Part shown: piece by piece, positions 1 to 9,210 of the stretch
Numbering within the stretch: the stretch's first letter is position 1
How the letters are laid out: every line of letters starts with the position of its first letter
NCBI GenBank assembly: GCA_963843575.1
Contig: CAWJKZ010000013.1
Coordinates: 736,001-800,000, forward strand
Reading direction: 5' to 3'
From: an uncultured Acidobacteriota bacterium
GTDB taxonomy: Bacteria > Acidobacteriota > UBA6911
DNA: 64,000 nt
Notes under the pieces: model-generated
What the model was told of the DNA's origin: nothing
Database searches by the model: none
The model's input: only the letters and a program-made list of their open reading frames with translations
Position numbers and translations under genes: made by a program

Positions 1-1689
1 CCAGGGAAAGGTACGGCCAGCACCTTCAACATATCGCTTCCCGGCCGGGGTGCTGCGTTTCTGCAGACCGACGGGAGCGGGACGCTCGAGGCGGGTGCCG
101 CGACGGTAACCTCCACTGCGCCCCTGGGCGCTTCGGCGATCTTCACCGTGTTCGACCCGCAGGGGGCATTTCAAACAGAGGCCGGCGTGGGCGACTCCCC
201 CGCCCTGTCCACCCTGACCTTCCCGGTCGACATGACGGGCGCGCTGCAAACCGGCTTCGCCTTCTTCAATCCCGGAGCGGCCGCCGCGACGGTCACGCTC
301 AGACTGCTGGACGCCAACGGCGTGCCCACCGGCGCGCGGTCCGTATTCACGCTCGACCCGAAAAAGCATACCGCTAAATTCGTTGCCGAGCTCTTCGACA
401 CCACCCCGAACTTCACGGGAACCGTGTCGGTGTCGTCGACGGCGCCTGTGGCGGCTCTGACCTTGCGCCAGAACCAGACTCCGCTCTCCTACACCACGCT
501 CCCCTCGGCCGCCGGGATTTCAGCCGGCAGCGCGGCGGCCCCGCTGCTGCTTTCTAAGACTGAGTCCGGTCTGACGTTTACGGCCAGCTCGACGTTCGAC
601 GAGACCCTCGGGGCGGGGTTCAGGCTGACGGGCCAGACCGGGGGGCAGGGGCAGTTGCACGAGATCGTGGCGGTGCGAGCCGACGGCGCCGTCTACTCCG
701 GCGAGGCCATTCCGGAGACGGGCCGGTACGTCATCGCGGTGCCCGCGGGCGCCTACCGGTTGAAGGGGTGTTTCCAGCCGGAGGGTTCCGGCGCGTCGGG
801 CAGCCTCATGATGACCTATACAGAGGCGGCTCTCTTCCAGGTCTCCGCGGACACCGAGCATAACATCACGCTCCCGGCAGTTCCCCTGCACAGCGTCTCG
901 GGCGCGATCACCGGGTTCTCCAGCCTCCCTTCAGGGTCCGGGTCCAAAATCGTGTTCACGTCCGGGGACAGCACAGCCCAGGGCTCATTCGACGTGGGCG
1001 CCGACGGGAGCTACCGGGGATTGCTCCCCGACGTCAACTATGTCGCCGGGTTGTCGGTGACCGGAATAGCTTTTCCCCCGGTCCAGCACGAGGACCTCGC
1101 CGTCTACAGCCTCGGGACCACGACCGTCAACGGCGGTCCCGTGACCGTCTCGTTCCCGAGCCCCGCGACCGCGAAGGTCTCCGGCACCGTGCGCGCCGCC
1201 TGGCTCGGGCAGTTTGCTTTCGGTATCACCGTGAACGCCACCGACAGGGCGGCGCCTCCGCCGGACATCTGCATTCTGCCCCCGGCCGACAGCGCGGCCA
1301 CCGCCGACCCGGCAGGCCAGTACCAGATCATCCTGGCCCGCGACCGGAACTACGGGATGCGGGCCGCCGTGCCCCTGCTGAAGGGCTCCCTGCGGCTCGG
1401 TACCGTCGGGTACCCTGTCAGCGGGGCCGCGCTGAACCTCGGCGCCGACGCCCCCTACGATTTCAACCTGCCGCCCCTTCCCGCCCAGGTTGCCCTCGCC
1501 GGCCGTGTGACCGACAGGCTCGGCCGGGGGGTTGAGGGCGTCACCGTCGCCGCACATACCGAAACGCTCTCGGACACCCCGAATGCCAGCTACTCTGCGA
1601 GTACTGTCACGGACGCCGAGGGCAAGTACACCCTGACCGTACTCAGCGGCTCGCACTATCAGCTGACGTTCCTCCCGCCCCTGCAATGA
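1..1689 (+). CDS. Exported/modular beta-rich protein with C-terminal carboxypeptidase-regulatory-like domains; 5'-truncated by the window edge
   Basis: Frame 1 is open from base 1 (PGKGTASTFNISLPGRG...) into the 148..1689 ORF. Repeated 'VSG.V...G..V.A....TD..G.Y' modules typical of CarboxypepD_reg-like domains. Confidence 0.7.
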   Translation, partial: PGKGTASTFNISLPGRGAAFLQTDGSGTLEAGAATVTSTAPLGASAIFTVFDPQGAFQTEAGVGDSPALSTLTFPVDMTGALQTGFAFFNPGAAAATVTLRLLDANGVPTGARSVFTLDPKKHTAKFVAELFDTTPNFTGTVSVSSTAPVAALTLRQNQTPLSYTTLPSAAGISAGSAAAPLLLSKTESGLTFTASSTFDETLGAGFRLTGQTGGQGQLHEIVAVRADGAVYSGEAIPETGRYVIAVPAGAYRLKGCFQPEGSGASGSLMMTYTEAALFQVSADTEHNITLPAVPLHSVSGAITGFSSLPSGSGSKIVFTSGDSTAQGSFDVGADGSYRGLLPDVNYVAGLSVTGIAFPPVQHEDLAVYSLGTTTVNGGPVTVSFPSPATAKVSGTVRAAWLGQFAFGITVNATDRAAPPPDICILPPADSAATADPAGQYQIILARDRNYGMRAAVPLLKGSLRLGTVGYPVSGAALNLGADAPYDFNLPPLPAQVALAGRVTDRLGRGVEGVTVAAHTETLSDTPNASYSASTVTDAEGKYTLTVLSGSHYQLTFLPPLQ

Positions 1690-1779
1690 TCGCGTTCTTG
1701 CGATGAGGACTTCGGGAGGCTTCGAGGCGAATCCGCTCGAGTAGCCGCAACCTGCCAGGCAATCAGATCCATATACGGG

Positions 1780-1808
1780 TTTACAACTCAGCCGATATGA
1801 ACTATACT
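1780..1808 (+). promoter_or_regulatory. Sigma70-type promoter for the dksA-like gene
   Basis: TTTACA (1780-1785), 17-nt spacer, TATACT (1803-1808); AGGAGGT RBS at 1842-1848. Confidence 0.6.
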
Positions 1809-1855
1809 TTCTGTTTTTTCACTTCAGGTGGCACCCTGGCTAGGAGGTAGTTCCT

Positions 1856-2197
1856 ATGAACAAAAGGGAACTCAAGAAATTCAAGTCCCTTCTGGAGCAG
1901 AAGCGCGATGCGATAGTCAACGCGACGGGCAAGAAGACACACTGGGACAACATGGAGAACACCCGGCGCGGCGATTTCGTGGACCAGGCGAGCGACGACA
2001 ACGAGGTCCACGTCAACATCCGCCTGCTGCAGACCGACGCCAAGCTGTTGCGCGCCATCGAGGCCGCCATTGCCCGGATCGACAGCGGCAATTTCGGTGT
2101 CTGCACGATGTGCGAGGAGGAAATCAGCGACGCCCGCCTCAACGCCGTCCCCTGGACCTCCGTCTGTATCGCGTGCAAAGAGAAAAAGACCGCCTGA
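1856..2197 (+). CDS. dksA: DksA/TraR family C4 zinc-finger transcription factor
   Basis: DFVDQA (DxxDxA) coiled-coil tip; CTMC...RLNAVPWTSVCIAC zinc finger; strong RBS. Confidence 0.85.
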   Translation: MNKRELKKFKSLLEQKRDAIVNATGKKTHWDNMENTRRGDFVDQASDDNEVHVNIRLLQTDAKLLRAIEAAIARIDSGNFGVCTMCEEEISDARLNAVPWTSVCIACKEKKTA

Positions 2198-2222
2198 GAC
2201 TACAGGGCCGAGCACGAGAGCG

Positions 2223-2252
2223 AAAAAGGCGCCCCGGAAGGGGCGCCTTTTC
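2223..2252. terminator. Bidirectional intrinsic terminator
   Basis: AAAAAGGCGCCCC-GGAA-GGGGCGCCTTTT between convergent dksA and EamA genes. Confidence 0.8.
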
Positions 2253-2266
2253 TCGTTGTGGACGGC

Positions 2267-3166
2267 TCACACGCCGGGCCCCGCCTCGCCCGAACCACCC
2301 CTTGTTGCGATATAGATCCCCAGCAGGATGACGGCCCCCCCCGCGAGCTTGATTGGGGTCAACTGTTCGCCCAGGAAGATCCATGCCAGGGTGCTGGCAC
2401 CGACCGGTTCGGCGAGCGCGATCAGGGCGACCAGTCCGGGAGAGAGCCAGCGCAGGGACCAGTTGAACGCCGTGTGCCCGATGCACTGAGGGATCAGCCC
2501 GAGCAGAAATAGCAGAACAAAGGCCGACCGCGGAAATCCGCGCAGCGGTACCCCGGAGACCAGGGAGGCAGCCGTCAACACCAGGGCGGCCACCGCGTAC
2601 ACGGGCCAGACGTAGGCAATCAACGACAGCCGGGGTCGCAGGCGGGCGCCGGCCAGCAGGTAGCCGGCCATCGCCACCGCCCCGCCCACGGCGAGCAGGT
2701 TTCCCCGCAGGGTGGCCGCGGAAGCCTCCCAGTCGCCGTGGAAAACCACCACGCAACCGACGAACGCCGTGGCCAGTCCGGCCCAGAACGCGCCCGAAGC
2801 CGGCCGGCGCAGGATGAAGGCCATGGCCAGCCCGATGAAGAACGGAGTCGTGTCGACGAGCAGCACGGAGCTGGCCACCGAGGTGTAGTCGAGCGACGCG
2901 ATCCAGAGCGCAAAATGCAGGGCCAGCGCCGTTCCCGCCAGGAAGAACTTCGGCCAGTCCGCGTGCAGCGCGCGGGCAAGCTCAGGGGCCGCCCCGCGGG
3001 CCAGGAACGGCGAGAGGATCACGGTCGCCCACGCCATCCGGTACGCGGCGATCGCGAGGGCGGGGACCGACGGCGACACCAGGCGCACGAGGAGCGAGCC
3101 GCACGAAACCGCGAGCAACCCGATTGTCATGAACAAGGCGACGCGTGTGCCGCCGGGCCGGCCCAA
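2267..3166 (-). CDS. EamA/DMT family transporter
   Basis: About 10 hydrophobic segments; 'ALHFALWIASLDYTSVASSVLL' and 'LAEPVGASTLAWIFLGE' motifs. TTG start after AGGAAGGGAG; the upstream part of the 571-aa ORF is a pduO shadow. Confidence 0.88.
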   Translation of the reverse strand: MGRPGGTRVALFMTIGLLAVSCGSLLVRLVSPSVPALAIAAYRMAWATVILSPFLARGAAPELARALHADWPKFFLAGTALALHFALWIASLDYTSVASSVLLVDTTPFFIGLAMAFILRRPASGAFWAGLATAFVGCVVVFHGDWEASAATLRGNLLAVGGAVAMAGYLLAGARLRPRLSLIAYVWPVYAVAALVLTAASLVSGVPLRGFPRSAFVLLFLLGLIPQCIGHTAFNWSLRWLSPGLVALIALAEPVGASTLAWIFLGEQLTPIKLAGGAVILLGIYIATRGGSGEAGPGV

Positions 3167-3301
3167 ATCAGCTCCCTTCCTGGTCCGAGTTAACCCGCGG
3201 ATTATACGTCGCAACGATCCGAGCCCGATGTATCGTTTAAGGTGACCGTGAAATGTCCGGCATGGGAGTGGATCGGCTTCCGCGCTCCCGGGAGGGTTGG
3301 G

Positions 3302-3877
3302 TTGGCACGCATCTACACGAAAACGGGCGATGACGGGACCACGGGCCTGATCGGCGGGAAGAGGGTTTCCAAGGACGATCTGCGGATCGAGGCTTACGGA
3401 TCGGTCGACGAGCTGAACTCCGTTCTGGGAGTCGTCCGCAGCTACGCTCCTCCCGCCCCGGTCGAAGAGATCTTGCGGCGCGTCCAGGACGATCTGTTCA
3501 CGGTGGGCGCGCAGCTCGCCACCCCGGACGTCGCTGGCGCGGTCCGGCCTGCTTACGTGGCATTGAGCGACGAGGCCGTGGCTGCCCTCGAATCGGCGAT
3601 CGATCGCTGCGAGGCGGGTCTCCCGTCCCTGGACCGATTCATACTCCCCGGGGGTACCGTCCCGGGTGCGCTGCTGCATCTGGCGCGCACCGTGACGCGC
3701 CGGGCGGAGAGGTGCTGCGTCCGGCTGGCGCGCGACGAGACCGTCGGCGCCGTGATCCTCAGCTACCTGAACCGTCTGTCGGACCTGCTGTTCGTGCTGG
3801 CCCGCCTTGTCAACCTGGAGGCCGGCGCCCCCGAGACGCACCCGGCTTTCGGCCGCACCAGGCCCGGGCCCACGTAG
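3302..3877 (+). CDS. pduO: PduO-type cob(I)yrinic acid a,c-diamide adenosyltransferase
   Basis: IYTKTGDDGTTGL, EAYGSVDELNS, FILPGG, ARTVTRRAER, YLNRLSDLLF motifs. Confidence 0.92.
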   Translation: MARIYTKTGDDGTTGLIGGKRVSKDDLRIEAYGSVDELNSVLGVVRSYAPPAPVEEILRRVQDDLFTVGAQLATPDVAGAVRPAYVALSDEAVAALESAIDRCEAGLPSLDRFILPGGTVPGALLHLARTVTRRAERCCVRLARDETVGAVILSYLNRLSDLLFVLARLVNLEAGAPETHPAFGRTRPGPT

Positions 3878-4089
3878 CGAACCAGTTGCCGGACGATTGC
3901 AGGATCGGGTGGACGGGGACGGCATGGCCAACGGGGCACGATATGATGGCTCTGTGGGACGCGGCGAGCCGCCGCGGCCCACTCACCCGGCTATGTGGCA
4001 TATTGCACTCTCGGCCGATAAGCAGAAAGCGGCGCCGGCCCGCCGTCGCTGATCTACAACCGAACCGAGCCGCTTGCGAGGGAGGATCG

Positions 4090-4752
4090 ATGGAAAAGCA
4101 GTACGTGATCGATGCGATCGGCATGTCCGAATCGTGGCGCCTGTTCCGGATCATGGCGGAGTTTGTCGACGGGTTCGAGACGCTCTCCCGTCTGAAACCG
4201 GGAGTCTCGTTCTTCGGCTCCGCGCGTGTACCGCGCGACGGCCCGGAATACCAAACCACCTACGAACTGGCCAAGGCCGTTTCGGCTGCCGGCTACCCGA
4301 TCATCACGGGCGGCGGGCCAGGGGTGATGGAGGCCGCGAACCGGGGGGCGTACGAAGCCGGGGGCGAGTCGGTCGGGATGAACATCGCGCTGCCCATGGA
4401 GCAGCGCGCCAACCCTTACATAAAGACCTTCCTGAATTTTCGGTACTTCTTCGTCCGGAAGGTCATGTTCGTGAAGTATTCCCAGGCCTTTGTCATCATG
4501 CCGGGCGGATTCGGCACGCTGGACGAGTTGTTCGAATCGGTAACCCTGATCCAGACCCACAAGATCCAACCGTTCCCCGTCATCATGATGGGCACGGCGT
4601 TCTGGTCGCCGCTCATCCGCTGGATCGAGGACAAACTGATCGTCGAGGGGCTCATTTCGCCGATCGACCGCAAGATTCTCAACGTCGTGGATACGCCCGA
4701 AGAGGTCCTCCACATCCTGCAAAACACGAAAATACCGGAGTGCGTCGCCTGA
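4090..4752 (+). CDS. LOG family (TIGR00730-like) nucleotide phosphoribohydrolase
   Basis: FFGSAR, TGGGPGVMEAAN, FFVRKVMF, PGGFGTLDELFE; GGAGG RBS before ATG 4090. Confidence 0.92.
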   Translation: MEKQYVIDAIGMSESWRLFRIMAEFVDGFETLSRLKPGVSFFGSARVPRDGPEYQTTYELAKAVSAAGYPIITGGGPGVMEAANRGAYEAGGESVGMNIALPMEQRANPYIKTFLNFRYFFVRKVMFVKYSQAFVIMPGGFGTLDELFESVTLIQTHKIQPFPVIMMGTAFWSPLIRWIEDKLIVEGLISPIDRKILNVVDTPEEVLHILQNTKIPECVA

Positions 4753-4760
4753 CCCGGACG

Positions 4761-5294
4761 ATGCTCATCATCGCAGGCGCCTTCACGACCGCCGGCGGGA
4801 TCTTCCTGCTCCTGTGGTACAGGACGCTCGCCGGCCTGCCCCGAAGACAGCAGCCGCCCTGGGTCCGGCGGACTCCGTTCAAATGGGCCGCTCCTGTCCT
4901 GGGTGCGACGATGTTCGCCGGGGGATTGTTTGCGCTGGCGCGGGCCACTCCTGCCGCCGCTTGGGCAGGGGCCGTCCTTTCGATCCTGATCGCCTTCGCG
5001 CTCCTGCGATTTGACCGCTACTCGGCGACCATGCGGATCATCCACGATCACTACCTCCAGGTCCTCCGGGAGAAGAGCGGGGCGACCGAGACCGATGCCC
5101 TTTTCCTTACCGCCCGCTGGCGCTACCCGGACTGGTCCGAGGACCGCATCGCGGAACTGATTGCGGGCAAGGGCATCGAGAGTGTTATCCTTCTAATGAC
5201 CATACAAGAAAACAGTATTCACCCCATTTCCGACTGGGAGCTCTATCGATCGCTGCGCGCCAAGGCGGCGCGGATCGTGCGCGCGGCCCGGTGA
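4761..5294 (+). CDS. Hypothetical membrane protein
   Basis: Three hydrophobic segments in the N-terminal half; tightly packed between LOG and the next gene. Confidence 0.6.
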   Translation: MLIIAGAFTTAGGIFLLLWYRTLAGLPRRQQPPWVRRTPFKWAAPVLGATMFAGGLFALARATPAAAWAGAVLSILIAFALLRFDRYSATMRIIHDHYLQVLREKSGATETDALFLTARWRYPDWSEDRIAELIAGKGIESVILLMTIQENSIHPISDWELYRSLRAKAARIVRAAR

Positions 5295-5295
5295 G

Positions 5296-5859
5296 ATGCC
5301 TATGAGACTCCCATTGTTCTGTTCGCTGGTGCTGTTCCTCTGTGCCGGTCTCCCGGTGGCAACCCGTGCTCGCGCGCAGCAGGACGCGGCGGGCCAGCCG
5401 CAGGCCCCGGCTCCGGACCTGCCGAAATACCTGGAGGTGACCCCGCTGCTCGGGACCGGTGGGCAGCCGACCGACGCGGGGCTGAAATCGCTGCGCGAGA
5501 AAGGCTACCGGGCGGTGGTCAACCTGCGGACCGCGCAGGAGAAGGTGGATCTGGCCGCGGAAGAAAAGCTCGCCCGCGCGCTCGGCCTGAGCTACTACTC
5601 GGTACCCCTCGTCGGGACTGCTCCCGAAGAGAGCAGCGCCCTGGAGTTCCTGCGGGTCATGGACGGACTGAAGGGCGAGAAGGTCTTCGTCCATTGCGCC
5701 ACCGCCAACCGGGTCGGGTCCGTGGTCATGATCCAGCGCGTGCTGCGCGACGGCCTCACGTTGGAAAAGGCCGAGGAGGAGGCGGCGCGCATCGGGCTCC
5801 GCACGGACATCCTGCGCACTTTCGCCCGGGAATTCATCCTGAGACACCCGAAGCCGTAA
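5296..5859 (+). CDS. Exported PTP-like/DUF442 (Blh-type) phosphatase or sulfurtransferase domain protein
   Basis: Signal peptide, then GGQPT, VVNLR and VFVHCATANR (HCx4R loop). Confidence 0.75.
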   Translation: MPMRLPLFCSLVLFLCAGLPVATRARAQQDAAGQPQAPAPDLPKYLEVTPLLGTGGQPTDAGLKSLREKGYRAVVNLRTAQEKVDLAAEEKLARALGLSYYSVPLVGTAPEESSALEFLRVMDGLKGEKVFVHCATANRVGSVVMIQRVLRDGLTLEKAEEEAARIGLRTDILRTFAREFILRHPKP

Positions 5860-5915
5860 ACCATTTGCCCTTCCTGGCGTATCAACCCCGTGCTCCCTGA
5901 AGGCCAGGCCTGCGT

Positions 5916-7142
5916 ATGGAACTTCTCGAAGGCATCCTGATCGCGCTTGAGGCGCTGTGGGCCAACAAGCTGCGGACCATCCTGACGCTGTTGGGCAACA
6001 TCGTCGGGGTGATGTCGGTCATCGCCGTCGTCAGCATCATCGACGGCATGAACATGTTCATCCGCAACGAGGTCGCGAGCGAGGGGTCCGGGGTTTTCAG
6101 GGTCCAGCAAGTCAACGAACTCGACATACTCTCGGATTTCGAAAAATTTCTAAAGTCGCTGCACAACCCGAAAATCACCCTCTCCGACCTCGACGCCCTG
6201 CGCGAACGCGTGACGCTCGCGCAGTATATCGATGCCAGCCAATCCAACCAGAGTGAAGTGCGGTACCAGCGCCGCTATATCAAATCGGTCCAGGTCGAAG
6301 GGCGGTCGGAGTACTATCCGATGCTCGGGAACTTCGATCTGAAAGACGGCAGACACCTCTCCCCCCAGGAGGTCCGTCACAACGAGTACGTCGCGGTCAT
6401 CGGGTCCGATATCGCCGAGCGTATGTACCCCGGCCAGGACCCGATCGGGCGGGAGATCAAGATCGCCGGCATCTCACACCGGATCATCGGCGTGTTCGAA
6501 AAAAGGGCGGGCTTCCTCAGCGGCAACCCCAATCTGAACGTCACCGTCCCGATCACCGCCTTTCAGAAAACCTTCGGCACCCACAAGAGCCTGCGGATCG
6601 CCATCAAGTCCGCAGACCTCGACAGGGTCGAGGAGTGCGTGGACCAGACCCGGCTGGTCATGCGCGGCCTGCGTCATCTGGGGCCGCGGCGGGAAGACAA
6701 TTTCGCCATCGTGACGTCCGACAACCTGCTGAAGATCTGGGCGGGCATCAGCCAGGGCATCTTCGCCGCGCTGATCGGCATCGTGTCCATAAGCCTGGTG
6801 GTCGGCGGGATCGTGATCATGAACATCATGCTCGTGTCGGTCACCGAACGGACCCGGGAAATCGGGATCCGCAAGGCCGTCGGGGCCACCCGCACCAACA
6901 TCCTCTGGCAATTCCTGGTCGAGTCGATCACCTTATCGAGCGTCGGCGGGGTGCTCGGAATCCTCCTGGGTTTCGCGGCGGCTGCGGCCATAGCGTACTT
7001 CTCCCCCCTGCCCTATGCGATCAAAGTGTGGTCGATTGCCGTCGGGCTGGGGGTGACGTTCGCCGTCGGGATATTCTTCGGCATCTACCCTGCGATACAG
7101 GCCGCGCGCCTGGACCCTATCGAGGCACTCCGCTATGAATAG
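5916..7142 (+). CDS. MacB/FtsX-type ABC transporter permease
   Basis: NKLRTILTLLG; VGGIVIMNIMLVSVTERTREIGIRKAVGA; DPIEALRYE. Confidence 0.92.
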   Translation: MELLEGILIALEALWANKLRTILTLLGNIVGVMSVIAVVSIIDGMNMFIRNEVASEGSGVFRVQQVNELDILSDFEKFLKSLHNPKITLSDLDALRERVTLAQYIDASQSNQSEVRYQRRYIKSVQVEGRSEYYPMLGNFDLKDGRHLSPQEVRHNEYVAVIGSDIAERMYPGQDPIGREIKIAGISHRIIGVFEKRAGFLSGNPNLNVTVPITAFQKTFGTHKSLRIAIKSADLDRVEECVDQTRLVMRGLRHLGPRREDNFAIVTSDNLLKIWAGISQGIFAALIGIVSISLVVGGIVIMNIMLVSVTERTREIGIRKAVGATRTNILWQFLVESITLSSVGGVLGILLGFAAAAAIAYFSPLPYAIKVWSIAVGLGVTFAVGIFFGIYPAIQAARLDPIEALRYE

Positions 7143-8388
7143 GGCGCGCAGGACGGACCTGGTCCGGGAAAACCTCTGGATCGCCACCGACGTACTCTGG
7201 GCGCACAAGCTGCGCAGCTCGCTCATCGTGCTCGGGGTGGCGATCGGGGTCGCGGCCCTGATGGGCATGGTGTCGATCCTGCTCGGCCTGAGCGAGAAGA
7301 TCCATCGCGACATTCAATCTTCCGAGCAGACGCTCGTGATCCTGGACAAGTTCGACTTCTTCGTCGGCGGGTTCGACGAGGCGATGCTGCACCGCAAGGA
7401 AATCACCGACGACGACGCCCGGGCGCTGCGCGACCAGTGCAGCAGCCTGCAGCACGTCACGTACATCATGGAACCGCAGGGGCGGCCCCCCTACACGCTC
7501 TATTACGGCAACGAGAAGAGCCGGATGATTCAGATCGTGGGCTCACAGCCCTCGCTGTTTCAGGTCTGGAGCCTCGACCTGGAGGTCGGCCGGATGTTTA
7601 CCGAGGAAGAGGTGTTGCATCGGGCCAAGGTGGTCGTCCTCGGCTTCAGCCCGCGCCGCGACCTGTTCCCGAACCGGGACCCGATCGGCAAGAAGGTCAA
7701 GATCGGCAACGACGACTACCAGGTGATAGGCGCCTTCGTCGAACGGAAGACGCTTTTCGGCGCCATGGGGGAGAACTTCGCCATCGTCCCATTCACCACC
7801 TTCAAGGCGAACCTCTGGCAGGAACACGACATGCAGCGAGCCTTCGGGGCGGTGCGCAGCGGCTTTTCGGTCGAGGCCGCGAAGGACGACGTCACGCGGG
7901 TCATGCGGGTGCGTCGCAAGCTGAAGGCGAACCAGGAAAACGACTTTGCCGTGACCAGCTCCGATGCGGCGCTCGAGTTTATCAACCGGATCACGGCCCC
8001 GATCGCCGGCATACTGGCCGCCATCTCCTCGATCGCGCTCCTGGTCGGCGGCATCGGAGTGATGAATATGATGCTGGTCTCGGTGACCGAACGCACCGGC
8101 GAGATCGGCATCCGCAAGGCGGTCGGCGCCACCCGTCAGGACATCCTGTGGCAGTTCCTGATCGAAGCCGGGCTGCTGACCGGAGCAGGGGGCGTGATCG
8201 GGGTTTCGATGGGGCTCGGGGCAGCTCTGATCGTGTCGGCGCTCACCGGACTGCCGAGCCGCGTTTCGCCCCCCTACATCCTGGTCGCGGTCTGCTTCTC
8301 CGTGGCGATAGGAGTCTTCTTCGGGCTGTACCCTGCCAATCGCGCTTCCAAGCTCGATCCCGTCAACGCCATGGGCTACGCCAAGTAA
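7135..8388 (+). CDS. MacB/FtsX-type ABC transporter permease (second paralog)
   Basis: HKLRSSLIVLGV; VGGIGVMNMMLVSVTERTGEIGIRKAVGA; overlaps the previous stop codon. Confidence 0.92.
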   Translation: MNRARRTDLVRENLWIATDVLWAHKLRSSLIVLGVAIGVAALMGMVSILLGLSEKIHRDIQSSEQTLVILDKFDFFVGGFDEAMLHRKEITDDDARALRDQCSSLQHVTYIMEPQGRPPYTLYYGNEKSRMIQIVGSQPSLFQVWSLDLEVGRMFTEEEVLHRAKVVVLGFSPRRDLFPNRDPIGKKVKIGNDDYQVIGAFVERKTLFGAMGENFAIVPFTTFKANLWQEHDMQRAFGAVRSGFSVEAAKDDVTRVMRVRRKLKANQENDFAVTSSDAALEFINRITAPIAGILAAISSIALLVGGIGVMNMMLVSVTERTGEIGIRKAVGATRQDILWQFLIEAGLLTGAGGVIGVSMGLGAALIVSALTGLPSRVSPPYILVAVCFSVAIGVFFGLYPANRASKLDPVNAMGYAK

Positions 8389-8420
8389 GCCGCAAGGCCG
8401 CCGGCGCCAGCCGTCCAACA

Positions 8421-8467
8421 CCAGAAAGACCCGGACAAGCGATACCGGCTTGTCCGGGTCTTTCTGG
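8421..8467. terminator. Long perfect hairpin between convergent genes
   Basis: CCAGAAAGACCCGGACAAGC (20 bp), 7-nt loop, exact reverse complement. Confidence 0.75.
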
Positions 8468-8563
8468 CTCTCGGACCGGACGCGAGGACCGAGCCTTCGA
8501 GCGCTTCCTCGTCGAGTTTCCGAGGTGAGTGTCCAGGGTTTCCCCCGGCACTCAGGGCAGGCG

Positions 8564-8942
8564 CTACTCCTTGACCCGCTTGGCTACCATTTCGCGGGGA
8601 GGCATATCCTGGACCAAACTGGACGGTCAGCTTGATCTCGTCCCCGGAGACCTTCCCCTTGTACTCCATCTTCCGTTCCTGTCCGCCCATATTCCGCACG
8701 ACCGTGAAGGAGATGTCGTCGCCGGTGATCTTCCCGTCGGTGATGGCCGTGTCTCCCTGCCGGCCACTGACCGTGCCGGTGAGCTTGTCGCCGTCCGCCT
8801 TGAAGGTGAAGTTCGTCGTCCGCGTCTGACCGTCAGGAGTGGTCATCTCGGATTTCCACTTGCCGTCGATCGTGGCCGCGGTGGCAGCCATGGCCACCAG
8901 CCCGATCAGGGCGAGGGCCACCAGCAGTTCTCGTGTACGCAT
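8564..8942 (-). CDS. Small secreted hypothetical protein; one extra base near 8610
   Basis: Signal peptide then IDGKWKSEM...FKADGDKLTGTV. Removing one base gives the natural end QFGPDMPPREMVAKRVKE-TAG (8564). Confidence 0.75.
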
Positions 8943-9210
8943 TGTGATTTCCTTTCGCAGGATGGGTTGTCGTCAGGGTATCCCGCATATAACTAAAGGA
9001 TACGCCGTCGTCGTCCCCCCGTTACAGGCCAATCGGCGGAGGCGGCCCGGCGCCCCCCCGGCGAGTCCCCTGTCGCTGTGGCCGGGCGAAGTGCGGGATC
9101 GCAGGACCAGGCCACCCAACCGACTCAGATTCCACTCGGGACCCGCGCTTTCTGGTGTACACTCCCCCGGTGTCGGTCGAGAAAGAAACAAGCTTTTTAT
9201 AGGGAAAACC

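Noticed and set aside
2267-3982. 571-aa extended EamA ORF
   Set aside because: The N-terminal extension is the antisense shadow of pduO; a TTG start with RBS exists at 3166.
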